A stretch of DNA of 64,000 nucleotides from Candidatus Omnitrophota bacterium (GTDB lineage Bacteria; Omnitrophota; Gorgyraeia; Aquiviventales; Aquiviventaceae): positions 7,427 to 71,426 of the forward strand of contig JACQHR010000011.1 of NCBI GenBank assembly GCA_016198905.1. The letters are read 5' to 3'. The notes under the pieces are model-generated. The model was given only the letters and a program-made list of their open reading frames with translations. It was not told the origin of the DNA and did not search any database. This document shows positions 10,258-19,064 of this stretch, piece by piece (position 1 is the stretch's first letter; each line of letters begins with the position of its first letter). The position numbers and the translations under genes are program-made.

Positions 10258-11733
10258 TTACAGGCTCTTCTTGCTTGACGCCAACCACCGGCTCACCCGT
10301 GATCGCTTCGGTGGCTCTTCGTCCGGTTCGATCGGTCCCGCGAGGTTTGACGCGGCCTCGCGCAACGCCTCCTCTCCAACAATCCCCTGTGTGACCAGCA
10401 ACGTGATACTGCTTTCCAGCGCGTGCATCCCTTCATGGACTCCGAGCTCGATGTAGCCGCGCAGCTCATGGAGCGCATTGCGGCGGATGACGTTGCGCAC
10501 TGCCAGCGTGGCTAGAAGCACCTCGGTCGCCGCGACCATCCCGGTTCCGTCCCGGCGCTTGAGGAGCCGTTGGGCGACGATCGCTTGAAGGGATTGAGTC
10601 AGTTGGATACGGATCTGTCCCTGGATCTCAGCCTCGAACACATCCAGGATGCGCGTGATCGCCTGGATCGTCGTTCCGCTGTGCAAAGTCCCCAGGACGA
10701 GATGGCCGGTTTCCGCCGCGGTGATGGCCAGCGCAATGCTTTCCCGATCCCGCAGTTCGCCAACCATGATGATGTCCGGGTGTTCGCGCAGCGCGCTGCG
10801 CAACCCATCGGCAAAGGATCGGGTATGGGCGTCCAGTTCCCGCTGGTGGATCAGCGAGCGCTTGTTGGGAATCACGTACTCAATGGGATCTTCAATGGTG
10901 ATGATGTGCCGCTCATCCCGCTGGTTGATGGCATCGATGAGGGCGGCCAGCGTGGTGGACTTGCCGCTTCCCGCTGGCCCGGTCACCAAAATCAGGCCTC
11001 GTGGGCAGCGGCTGAGTTGCTCGAAGATCGGTGGCAGACCCAATTCAGCCAGGGTTGGGATCCGATGGGGAAGAGGCCGGAACGCGATGGCCTGCCCGTC
11101 TTGTTCCCGGAAGACGTTCACCCGAAAGCGCGATAAGCCCTCGATCCCGATCCCCACGTCCACCTCGCGGCCTTCGAGGAATTGCGTCCGCTTGGCCTCC
11201 GGCAACAACGCTTCGATGATGCAGGAGAGGCGGTCTGCGGTCAGCGGAGCGTTGTTGAGCGGCTTGAACGAGCCGTACACCTTGAGGGTGGGCCGATCGG
11301 CGACGGCCAAGAAGAGGTCTGAGGCATTCTGCCGGACCGCCTGTTCCAACCACGGCAGCAGCCCACAGCGGCTCAGGCGTTCGACGAGATTCGCTGGCTG
11401 CTGGACCCCTGGCATAGGAGCCAGCGCCGGGCGTTCGCCGGATTGACTCAAAAACACCGAGGCGCACGTCGGGCAGCAGAATTGGTACGTGGATCCCCGG
11501 ATCGTGAGCGGTGCCGTCGATTCCCCCTGATGGATCGTCTTGCGGCACAGCTCACAATGTCCTGTGGGCGCCTGCGGCTGCTGCTGAGCGAGAAAGCGCT
11601 CCGGCTCCATGAGGAAGGCGCGCTGGCAGGACTCTGCGCAGAAGAAATGCCGCGTGCCAGCGTGGTCGTCATAGAGTCGCGCCTGCTCGGCCTGTTCGAC
11701 CAGCACCTCCATGCCACACACGGGGTCACGCAT
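10258..11733 (-). CDS. pilT: PilT-family type IV pilus retraction-type ATPase with two N-terminal YHS/TRASH-like zinc/copper modules
   Basis: Walker A GPAGSGKSTTLAA, IITIEDPIEY and MVGELRD motifs. The N-terminus has DPVCGMEV..HFFCAESCQRAF and CELCRKT..YQFCCPTCASVF. I chose the start at ATG 11733, which has AAGGAGG 6 nt upstream; the track start 11883 overlaps the previous gene. Confidence 0.85.
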   Translation of the reverse strand: MRDPVCGMEVLVEQAEQARLYDDHAGTRHFFCAESCQRAFLMEPERFLAQQQPQAPTGHCELCRKTIHQGESTAPLTIRGSTYQFCCPTCASVFLSQSGERPALAPMPGVQQPANLVERLSRCGLLPWLEQAVRQNASDLFLAVADRPTLKVYGSFKPLNNAPLTADRLSCIIEALLPEAKRTQFLEGREVDVGIGIEGLSRFRVNVFREQDGQAIAFRPLPHRIPTLAELGLPPIFEQLSRCPRGLILVTGPAGSGKSTTLAALIDAINQRDERHIITIEDPIEYVIPNKRSLIHQRELDAHTRSFADGLRSALREHPDIIMVGELRDRESIALAITAAETGHLVLGTLHSGTTIQAITRILDVFEAEIQGQIRIQLTQSLQAIVAQRLLKRRDGTGMVAATEVLLATLAVRNVIRRNALHELRGYIELGVHEGMHALESSITLLVTQGIVGEEALREAASNLAGPIEPDEEPPKRSRVSRWLASSKKSL

Positions 11734-11743
11734 TGGACCTCCT

Positions 11744-12382
11744 TCACTCATGCAGGGCATTGAGGAGGCCCTCAATCCCTTGGTCGTCGTACAGCTTCCG
11801 CAGACGTTTTCGCTCAGTGCGAATCGCATCGTCGGCCTCAGAGGCTGGAAGTTCTTGCGGTTCCGGAGGCCAGAGTGTCCCATCTTGGAAGCGCACCATC
11901 TTTACCGTCAGGAGGGCTTTCACTACCTCCTCAGTCTGTGAAACCCGTTGTTCCCAACGCCGCTGGCGCATCTCTCCGAGCGTGAGTGTTTGGTTATCGT
12001 TCACTTCAACTACCCAGCGCGTTTGATCGAACGCATCGAGCAGTTTCCACTGGAACCGGACGGCGCTCACACTCCGTTTGCTGCTGTTGCGATACCGAAG
12101 CTGGCCCTCCCAATGGTCGAACTGTGCGCTGTGGATATTAGCAGACTTCGTCCGAGTATGATGAGCAGCACCGACACGTGAAGGGACCGCCTGATACTCC
12201 AAGAGTTGTCCCGTGGCTTCGAGCACATCGATTGGTGCAGCAGGCACCTTCACCACCTCAACCGGAACCTCCTGATCGGCAAACGTACGTCCCATTATCG
12301 AGCCATACAACACGCTGGCGGCGAACACCCATCTGAGTGCCTGGGGCACGACGTGGCTGGAGGATCGCTCCTCACCGCGCAT
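11744..12382 (-). CDS. Hypothetical secreted protein
   Basis: 212 aa ORF with a hydrophobic signal-like N-terminus (VFAASVLYGSIMG) and a coding-like composition. I recognise no family. Confidence 0.5.
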   Translation of the reverse strand: MRGEERSSSHVVPQALRWVFAASVLYGSIMGRTFADQEVPVEVVKVPAAPIDVLEATGQLLEYQAVPSRVGAAHHTRTKSANIHSAQFDHWEGQLRYRNSSKRSVSAVRFQWKLLDAFDQTRWVVEVNDNQTLTLGEMRQRRWEQRVSQTEEVVKALLTVKMVRFQDGTLWPPEPQELPASEADDAIRTERKRLRKLYDDQGIEGLLNALHE

Positions 12383-12391
12383 CCTACCCTC

Positions 12392-12808
12392 TCACTGACC
12401 TTTCCGCAGCTCTCGGAGCCCTTCGAGCACTTCAACGTGCCCCTCGTGCTCCTCGGCCAATGCGTTGCTGGCTTCGGCTGCCTCTTGGTACTTCTTGACC
12501 AACGCCTCACAGTGAGCCAGCCATACATCCCGTTCCTGCGGTCCGCTCCATGACAGATTTTCGCGTACCTTTTCCGCCATGGTCTGGTGAAACGCCGCTC
12601 GCTTTCTCAACTGCGCCGCCTCTCTGCGGTAGGCGGCCGCCAACCGCTGATGCGCCCTGGGGTTCAACGAGTAGTCAGCCGTCTTTTGATACCACCACAA
12701 TGGTAAGGTGGTCGCACAGCCCTGGAGGAGCAGCGTGAATCCGACGACTCCGGCAATCAAAAATATCGCAGTCCTGACCTTCATCGTGTCCTTCGTCGGA
12801 TGTCTCAC
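12392..12808 (-). CDS. Hypothetical lipoprotein, helical
   Basis: Lipobox-like LLLQGCATT after a signal peptide. An alternative start at MKVRTAIF (12784) is likely. Confidence 0.5.
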   Translation of the reverse strand: MRHPTKDTMKVRTAIFLIAGVVGFTLLLQGCATTLPLWWYQKTADYSLNPRAHQRLAAAYRREAAQLRKRAAFHQTMAEKVRENLSWSGPQERDVWLAHCEALVKKYQEAAEASNALAEEHEGHVEVLEGLRELRKGQ

Positions 12809-13021
12809 CTAACCCTGGGACGAGCGGGTTTGCCTGATCAGGTGTTCGGCCTCCAACCAATTCTCCAGATCTTGCCCTTCGACTCGGCCGTTCTGCTCCC
12901 AAAGCTCATAGGCCTTTTGCGCGACTTGTTGCTGCAAGTCTTGCCCTTGGGCTGGAGCTTGGTTCGTCTGTTTGGTTGCCGCCTTGGGCCTTGCCATTGA
13001 GATTCTCCTTCTGTTGACCAC
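12809..13021 (-). CDS. DUF2934-like small protein
   Basis: The segment AYELWEQNGRVEGQDLENWLEAEHLI matches the DUF2934 signature (A..LWE..G.P.G....W..AE). The true start may be MARPKAA (12997). Confidence 0.6.
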   Translation of the reverse strand: MVNRRRISMARPKAATKQTNQAPAQGQDLQQQVAQKAYELWEQNGRVEGQDLENWLEAEHLIRQTRSSQG

Positions 13022-13027
13022 GGCCTA

Positions 13028-13417
13028 TCAAGTTCCTCTATGACCCATGGGACACCACCCGATCCGATGATGCAGGAGCGGGCAGGCGACGAACGTCCAC
13101 GCCACGGTGGCTACTGCAAAGATCACCACAACCCATGTCAACAGCCGCCGATACCGCCCATGCACCGCATTCAGGATATCCCGAAAGAACGACTGCTCCA
13201 CCAGCCGCAACTCACGGCTGCTTTCTTCTATACTTGAGGCTTTGCCGTCCTCAACCTGTTCCATCGCCTTCCTCCGCGCTAGTGACAGCCTCCTGACTTC
13301 TTCTGGGATCCATCTTTGTCTTCCTGTTTCCCCATCCCGCAACAACCACCTCGGCGCATCAACCACACCGCGACCCCAACCATAATCAGCACAAGCAACA
13401 GTTGTCCCATCGTTCAT
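13028..13417 (-). CDS. Hypothetical membrane-anchored protein with C-terminal Cys/His/Met motif
   Basis: 129 aa with one TM helix (LLTWVVVIFAVATVAWTFVA) followed by CPLLHHRIGWCPMGH. Confidence 0.45.
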   Translation of the reverse strand: MNDGTTVACADYGWGRGVVDAPRWLLRDGETGRQRWIPEEVRRLSLARRKAMEQVEDGKASSIEESSRELRLVEQSFFRDILNAVHGRYRRLLTWVVVIFAVATVAWTFVACPLLHHRIGWCPMGHRGT

Positions 13418-13458
13418 CCTCCTCTCTCAGTGTCCGCCTTATCGTGTTCGCCGTCGCA

Positions 13459-13794
13459 TTACTCGTGACATGTGCACTGGCCTGATGAACACCGGCACGG
13501 CTCTGGAGTATTGGCTCCCAGCTCGGCCTGTGTGTGTTCTGCGGCCGCCACAGCCTGTTTCAAGGTGCTCGCCAGCACCGACAGACCGATGATCTCACCA
13601 CTCAAACCCTGTCCTGCCGCGTCAATGCGCTCCAAGAGCGCGACCCGAGCGCAGGCATTGCACGGCGGCAGCATGCGTAAGGCCTGCTCGAATTGCTCCA
13701 TCAGGCCTCGGGTTCGTACCAGCGCCTGCCGCAGCTCATCGAGTCCCACACGCCGCCACAGATCTTCGCTATTCAATTCCGGTATCGTCGCCAT
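13459..13794 (-). CDS. Hypothetical Cys-rich small protein
   Basis: 111 aa, helical, with PPCNAC and a C-terminal CRCSSGQCTCHE cluster. Confidence 0.45.
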   Translation of the reverse strand: MATIPELNSEDLWRRVGLDELRQALVRTRGLMEQFEQALRMLPPCNACARVALLERIDAAGQGLSGEIIGLSVLASTLKQAVAAAEHTQAELGANTPEPCRCSSGQCTCHE

Positions 13795-13820
13795 TGTTAC
13801 GCCCCTCGGCGCTCCTTCGC

Positions 13821-14288
13821 TTAATGCCGATGCTGAACAGGCGCCTCATCCCCGGATGACGGCTGTGCCTGCTGCAGAAACTGTGCCGGCTCCTTGGCAA
13901 ACGCTCCGAGATGCGCTTCATTGGCAAAAAAGTAGGCGTGCCCATCATAGCTATAGATCAACGCTTGCGCCTTGTCGACCGGCTGGCCGCTGACAGGGTC
14001 CATGGTATGGCTAAACCGTTCTGGATCGCTGGCAAACCGTTTTAGACAACCGGCACAGCAGAGATAGTAGGTCTTACCTTGGTAGGCGTACTCTAGGCCG
14101 GGGGTCTTTTGGAGATTATCGTCGATCATACAGACAAGGCGGCGATCCTCTACGCGTCCCGTCGACATCGGGGCACCCGGTACGCTCTCTGCATTCGTTG
14201 CCGCTGCCAACAATCCAAGGAGTCCGATCGACAGCCATACCCTGTTCAGTCGTTTCATACGTCCTTCCCCCTGTTTTAAGATGGTCAC
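13821..14288 (-). CDS. Secreted YHS-domain protein (two YHS-like repeats)
   Basis: Signal peptide, then KTYYLCCAGCLKRFASDPERF and a second YDGHAYFFANEAHLGAFAKEPAQF repeat. Confidence 0.7.
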   Translation of the reverse strand: MTILKQGEGRMKRLNRVWLSIGLLGLLAAATNAESVPGAPMSTGRVEDRRLVCMIDDNLQKTPGLEYAYQGKTYYLCCAGCLKRFASDPERFSHTMDPVSGQPVDKAQALIYSYDGHAYFFANEAHLGAFAKEPAQFLQQAQPSSGDEAPVQHRH

Positions 14289-14695
14289 GGACGACCCTCC
14301 GGCGATGAGTTGCTGCGGCTGATCGGGCAGGTGGTGATCAACGGTAGCGACTCTTTCCTCCTCGGAACCCAGAAGGTGAAGAGCTCTCCGATGCCTGCTC
14401 CGGTGCGTGTCATCGTGGAACTGATCCCCTTTCCAAAGCCCGCCACCAAACTGCCTCCTGCTTTCACTTCGTCAACGGGTTGGATCAACATTTCCGTCCA
14501 GCCAAACGCGGTGTTTAACGCTCCCCGAACCAACGTTGCCCCAGCGTGTTGGGCGTACGGTGCGTTTGGATCGTTGGCGCTGCGGCAAATCGGACAAGTG
14601 ACCTGCCTCTCTTCGGCCCAAGCAGCCGGCGCTCCACCCAATGCGAATATAGTGCTGATCAGTAATCCGACGAACATTGGCGTGTTGATGCGCAT
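14285..14695 (-). CDS. TIGR04073-like (exosortase-system-associated family) periplasmic protein
   Basis: Signal peptide. RGALNTAFGWTEMLIQP and GAGIGELFTFWVP resemble the RG..N...GW.E / G..E..TF..P pattern of that family. Overlaps the next gene by 4 nt. Confidence 0.55.
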   Translation of the reverse strand: MRINTPMFVGLLISTIFALGGAPAAWAEERQVTCPICRSANDPNAPYAQHAGATLVRGALNTAFGWTEMLIQPVDEVKAGGSLVAGFGKGISSTMTRTGAGIGELFTFWVPRRKESLPLITTCPISRSNSSPEGRP

Positions 14696-14707
14696 GGCGA
14701 TTGCTCG

Positions 14708-15178
14708 TCAATGACTAAACTGAATCGGCTGGCGGCACGCCGAGCCACCGGCATTGTAGTCATACACCATCCGCCCGCCGAAGTCTGCTCCCCCCGTCAT
14801 TACGCCGATCATTACGAGTAACAGCAACAAGAACAACCGTCTCCCTTTCTTTGGAAATGGCCGAGCCAGACTTGCCCATGCGGTGAGCATCGCACATATC
14901 GCTACGGTCGCCAGCATCGCACTCTTATGCGGCCTGAGCAGATGTTCACGGACCGAGAGGGAAAGCATCACTCCCTGCTCGGCATAGAGGCCGGTTGCCA
15001 CGGCAACCATCAGGGAGAGCGTTCCCAGTACCAGCACCACAAACGCCGAGTGCGCGAACCGATCGCTCTTCAAGAGCCATGCCGCTATGTACAGGAGCGC
15101 AGCACCCATCAGAAACGCGAGGGGAAAGTGAATCACGAGTGGATGCAGATTCTGCAGGTGCTGCGCTCCGAGCAACAT
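14708..15178 (-). CDS. DUF2231-type membrane protein (paralog of 3203..3658)
   Basis: The internal ATG at 15178 gives MLLGAQHLQNLHPLVIHFPLAFL. The Arg-rich upstream part of the track ORF (to 15388) overlaps the preceding gene and looks non-coding. Confidence 0.7.
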   Translation of the reverse strand: MLLGAQHLQNLHPLVIHFPLAFLMGAALLYIAAWLLKSDRFAHSAFVVLVLGTLSLMVAVATGLYAEQGVMLSLSVREHLLRPHKSAMLATVAICAMLTAWASLARPFPKKGRRLFLLLLLVMIGVMTGGADFGGRMVYDYNAGGSACRQPIQFSH

Positions 15179-15183
15179 GACGA

Positions 15184-15576
15184 TTACTCCACCGATTCGA
15201 CGGTCACGTAGCGATTGCCCCCTTGTTCGTACAGATCGCCTGTCAGGGTCACTGTCTCCCCCATTCGAGCAATGACGCTCGCGGGATAGCCGGTCTTGTC
15301 TTCTTTGGGCAGCACGGTGTACAGCTTGCCCGTCCCGTCTTCCAGCATGCTGATGGGAATGCCCGCTTTCGCGCAGTCGATCGCGCACTGCTTATGCCCG
15401 GCGCCCTTCGCCGCCATGGCCACATAGCACAGCGAATCCACCAACTCCCCTTTAATCGTGATGGCTTGCACGCCCATACCGTGTGCGTGATCATGCTCAT
15501 GCTTCCCCTGGGCCCACGCCAACACCGGACTCAGGAGCAACATGGCGGCCGCTATCCCTCGCATCACATGCTTCAT
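15184..15576 (-). CDS. Periplasmic His-rich, three-Cys protein (paralog A) immediately downstream of cusA
   Basis: Start MKHVMRG at 15576 with TAAGGAGG upstream, a signal peptide, then GKHEHDHAHGMG, then GELVDSLCY..GHKQCAIDCAKAGIP. Paralog at 22001..22432. Confidence 0.6.
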   Translation of the reverse strand: MKHVMRGIAAAMLLLSPVLAWAQGKHEHDHAHGMGVQAITIKGELVDSLCYVAMAAKGAGHKQCAIDCAKAGIPISMLEDGTGKLYTVLPKEDKTGYPASVIARMGETVTLTGDLYEQGGNRYVTVESVE

Positions 15577-15647
15577 CTTCCCTTCCTCCTTAATTAGACC
15601 GTCGTGGTCTACGGCTGCAGTATCCCTTCGTGGTGCTCCTGCGTGAT

Positions 15648-18600
15648 TCAGGAATTCGAGCTGGCCAACGTCCCTGCGTGATGCTTGAGCACCCAATCAG
15701 CCTGGCCTTCTTTCATCTCGAACTTCCACTTCCAGATGGCATAGATGGTCGGATACACGAGCAGCTCCAGGATGAATGAGGAAAACAAGCCCCCCACCAT
15801 CGGCGCAGCGACTCGCTTCATCATGTCGGCCCCAGCCCCCGTCGACCACATGATCGGCAACAGTCCCATAAACGCGGCCATCACCGTCATCATCTTGGGC
15901 CGCACGCGCTTGACCGCGCCATGGACGATCGCTTCCTCCAGATCCTGCTCGGTGCGCATCCGGCCCTTCTCCACGGCGTCATGGTAGGACAGATCTAGAA
16001 ACAACAGCATGAAGACCCCGGTTTCCGCATCCAGTCCCATCAGGGCGATCATCCCCACCCACACCGCGATCGAGATGTTGTAGCCGAGCAACCACAGCAG
16101 CCAGACCGCCCCAATCAGCGAAAACGGCACGGCCAGCAAAACGATCGCCGTCTTCACCATGGACTTCGTGTTCATGTAGAGCAGGACACAGATGATAAAG
16201 ATGGTCAGCGGCAGCACGACCTTCATCCGCTCCTTTACCCGGATCATATTTTCGTACTGGCCGCTCCACGTCAGCGCGTAGCCTGGCGGGAGCTTGAGCT
16301 CCTTGGCCACGATCTGCTTGGCCTCTGTCACATAGCTGCCGATGTCTCGTCCGGCCATGTCGACGTAGACATAGCCGGCGAGCAGTCCATTCTCATTGCG
16401 GATCATGGCAGGTCCTGAGACCAGACGGATATCGGCCAGCTGCACCAAGGGGATGTGCTGACCCGCCGGGGTCGGCACGAGGACGCGCTTTAATTTCTCG
16501 ATGTCATCCCGAAACTCTCGGGAGTAGCGGACATTGACCGGATACCGCTCGCGACCCTCGATGGTCGTCGTGATGTTTTCGCCGCCAATCGCGGACATGA
16601 TGACCATCTGGACCTCAGCGACGGAGAGGCCGTAGCGTGCCAGCTCATCGCGGTTGAGGTCGAAATCCACGAAGTAGCCGCCGGCCACGCGCTCGGCGTA
16701 GATGCTGCGCGTGCCGGGCACGTTTTTGAGGATCATCTCCAGGTGCGTGCCGAGCTCTTCGATCTTCTTGAGATCGGCGCCGAAGATCTTGATGCCGATC
16801 GGCGTGCGCACGCCCGTCGTCAACATGTCGATGCGGTTTTTGATCGGCATCGTCCAGGCGTTGGTGACCCCGACGATCTTGAGTGAACGGTCCATCTCAT
16901 CGATGAGCTGTTCATACGAGATATGACAAGGCCAGAATGGGCGGAACGGCCCTTCAAGGAAGTCAGGCAGCCACGAGTACCACCGCTTGACTTGGCGCCA
17001 CTCCCGCTCCGGCTTCAGGAGAACCACCGTCTCCATCATGGAAAACGGGGCCGGGTCGGTGGAACTTTCCATTCGGCCAGATTTGCCGAACACTCGCTCC
17101 ACCTCTGGAAAACTCTTGAGCACCTGATCTTGCTTTTGCAGGAGTGCTTGGGCTTCTGTCACGGAAATACCAGGCAGGGTGGTAGGCATGTATAAGAGGC
17201 TGCCTTCCCGAAGCGGCGGCATGAACTCCGAACCCAGCCGCAAATAGATCGGCACGGTGGTGAGGACCAGCCCAAGGGCGGTCAACAGGGTTGCTTTGCG
17301 ATGCTTGAGGACGAACCGGCAGGCCGGCTCGTAGATGCGGAAGAGCACTTTACTGACGGGGTGCTTTTCTTCCGGATAGTAGGTGCCCACCGCGACGGTC
17401 GTCGCCGCTTTGGACGCCATCCCTCGGAGGCGCTCCGGGATCCAGCGGGCTTTCAGGGTGATCGGCTCCATGCGGGTGAAGAGCATCCGCATCGCGGGAT
17501 CGAGTGTGACCGCCAAGATCGCGGCGATCGCCATCGCCAGGTTCTTCGCCCAGGCGAGCGGCTTGAACAGGCGCCCCTCCTGATCGACCAGCGTAAAAAT
17601 CGGCATGAACGCGACGGCGATGACGAGCAGCGAGAAGAAGACCGATGGGCCGACTTCTTTCAGCGCCTTGAGTCGAATCGCATGGTAGTCGCCCTTGCGC
17701 CCGCCCTCGATCCACTGCTCGAGGCGCTTATAGGCGTTCTCTACCTCGACGATGGCGCCGTCCACCAGCACTCCGATGGAAATCGCCATGCCCGACAGCG
17801 ACATGATGTTGGAGGTCAGCCGCATCCCGTAGAGGGGAATGAACGAGAGGATTACGGAAATCGGAATCGTGACGATCGGGATGATCGCCGAGGGGAAGTG
17901 CCACAAGAAGATGAGGATCACGATGCTGACGATGATCATCTCTTCGATGAGCTTTTCCTTCAAGTTCTTGATGGCCTCGAGGATCAGTTCTGAGCGGTCG
18001 TAGGTGATTTCCACCTTCACCCCAGGTGGCAGCGATGGTTCGATGTCTTTCAGTTTCGCTTTGACCCGGTTGATGACGTTCAAAGCGTTTTCTCCAGACC
18101 GCATGATGACGGTGCCCCCGACGACATCCCCTTGGCCGTCGAAGTCGGCCAATCCTCGTCGCAGATCAGGGCCGAGTGCGACCGTGCCGATGTGCTTGAC
18201 TAAGATGGGCGTGCCCTTCTGGTCGGTCGCCACGACGATCTTTTCAATGTCCTCGACGGATTTGAGGTAGCCGCGGCCTCGGACCATGTACTCGGCCCCG
18301 GAGAACTCCAAGAGCCGGCCGCCCACCTCCTGGTTCCCCATCCGGATTGCGTCGACCACCTTCGTCAGCGGAATGTTGTAGGCGAGCAACCGGTTGGGGT
18401 CGATCGTGACTTGATACTGCTTGACGAATCCGCCGATCGAGGCGACTTCCGCCACTCCTGGAACGCTCTGGAGGTAATAGCGCAAATACCAATCCTGGTA
18501 GCTGCGCAACTCTTGAAGATTATGCTTGCCCGAGGTATCGACGAGGGCGTACTGAAACACCCAGCCCACCCCGGTCGCGTCTGGACCCAATTCAGTCCGG

Positions 18601-19064
18601 ACGCCCTCCGGCAAACGAGGGATGATCTTGCTCAGGTACTCCAGCGTCCGCGAGCGGGCCCAGTAGATGTCGGTCCCATCCTTGAAGATCACATAGACGT
18701 AGGAGAAGCCGAAGTCCGAGAAGCCCCGGATGGCCTTGACGCGCGGAGCCCCCAGCATCGCGGTGACGATTGGGTAGGTGACCTGGTCTTCGATGATGTC
18801 CGGGCTGCGATCCCAGCGAGAGTAGATAATGACCTGGGTATCCGACAAGTCGGGAATGGCATCCAAGGGAATGCTCTTGAGCGTCCAGATCGCGGCGATC
18901 ATCGCCACGACGACGAAGGTCAGCACGAGGAACTTGTTATGCGCGGAGAACTCAATGAGCTTTTCGATCACCCCACCCGTGCGCAAGGTCGGGGACTGGC
19001 CGCTCTCAGTCCCACCGACCTCGGGACGAACAGGTTCACTGGCCGCCATGTTGGTGCCCTCCAC
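15648..19064 (-). CDS. cusA: CusA/CzcA-family heavy-metal efflux RND permease
   Basis: 1138 aa with 12-TM RND architecture and typical HME-RND segments (AIPDLSDTQVII, GVGWVFQY, DGAIVEVEN). Confidence 0.95.
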   Translation of the reverse strand: MEGTNMAASEPVRPEVGGTESGQSPTLRTGGVIEKLIEFSAHNKFLVLTFVVVAMIAAIWTLKSIPLDAIPDLSDTQVIIYSRWDRSPDIIEDQVTYPIVTAMLGAPRVKAIRGFSDFGFSYVYVIFKDGTDIYWARSRTLEYLSKIIPRLPEGVRTELGPDATGVGWVFQYALVDTSGKHNLQELRSYQDWYLRYYLQSVPGVAEVASIGGFVKQYQVTIDPNRLLAYNIPLTKVVDAIRMGNQEVGGRLLEFSGAEYMVRGRGYLKSVEDIEKIVVATDQKGTPILVKHIGTVALGPDLRRGLADFDGQGDVVGGTVIMRSGENALNVINRVKAKLKDIEPSLPPGVKVEITYDRSELILEAIKNLKEKLIEEMIIVSIVILIFLWHFPSAIIPIVTIPISVILSFIPLYGMRLTSNIMSLSGMAISIGVLVDGAIVEVENAYKRLEQWIEGGRKGDYHAIRLKALKEVGPSVFFSLLVIAVAFMPIFTLVDQEGRLFKPLAWAKNLAMAIAAILAVTLDPAMRMLFTRMEPITLKARWIPERLRGMASKAATTVAVGTYYPEEKHPVSKVLFRIYEPACRFVLKHRKATLLTALGLVLTTVPIYLRLGSEFMPPLREGSLLYMPTTLPGISVTEAQALLQKQDQVLKSFPEVERVFGKSGRMESSTDPAPFSMMETVVLLKPEREWRQVKRWYSWLPDFLEGPFRPFWPCHISYEQLIDEMDRSLKIVGVTNAWTMPIKNRIDMLTTGVRTPIGIKIFGADLKKIEELGTHLEMILKNVPGTRSIYAERVAGGYFVDFDLNRDELARYGLSVAEVQMVIMSAIGGENITTTIEGRERYPVNVRYSREFRDDIEKLKRVLVPTPAGQHIPLVQLADIRLVSGPAMIRNENGLLAGYVYVDMAGRDIGSYVTEAKQIVAKELKLPPGYALTWSGQYENMIRVKERMKVVLPLTIFIICVLLYMNTKSMVKTAIVLLAVPFSLIGAVWLLWLLGYNISIAVWVGMIALMGLDAETGVFMLLFLDLSYHDAVEKGRMRTEQDLEEAIVHGAVKRVRPKMMTVMAAFMGLLPIMWSTGAGADMMKRVAAPMVGGLFSSFILELLVYPTIYAIWKWKFEMKEGQADWVLKHHAGTLASSNS

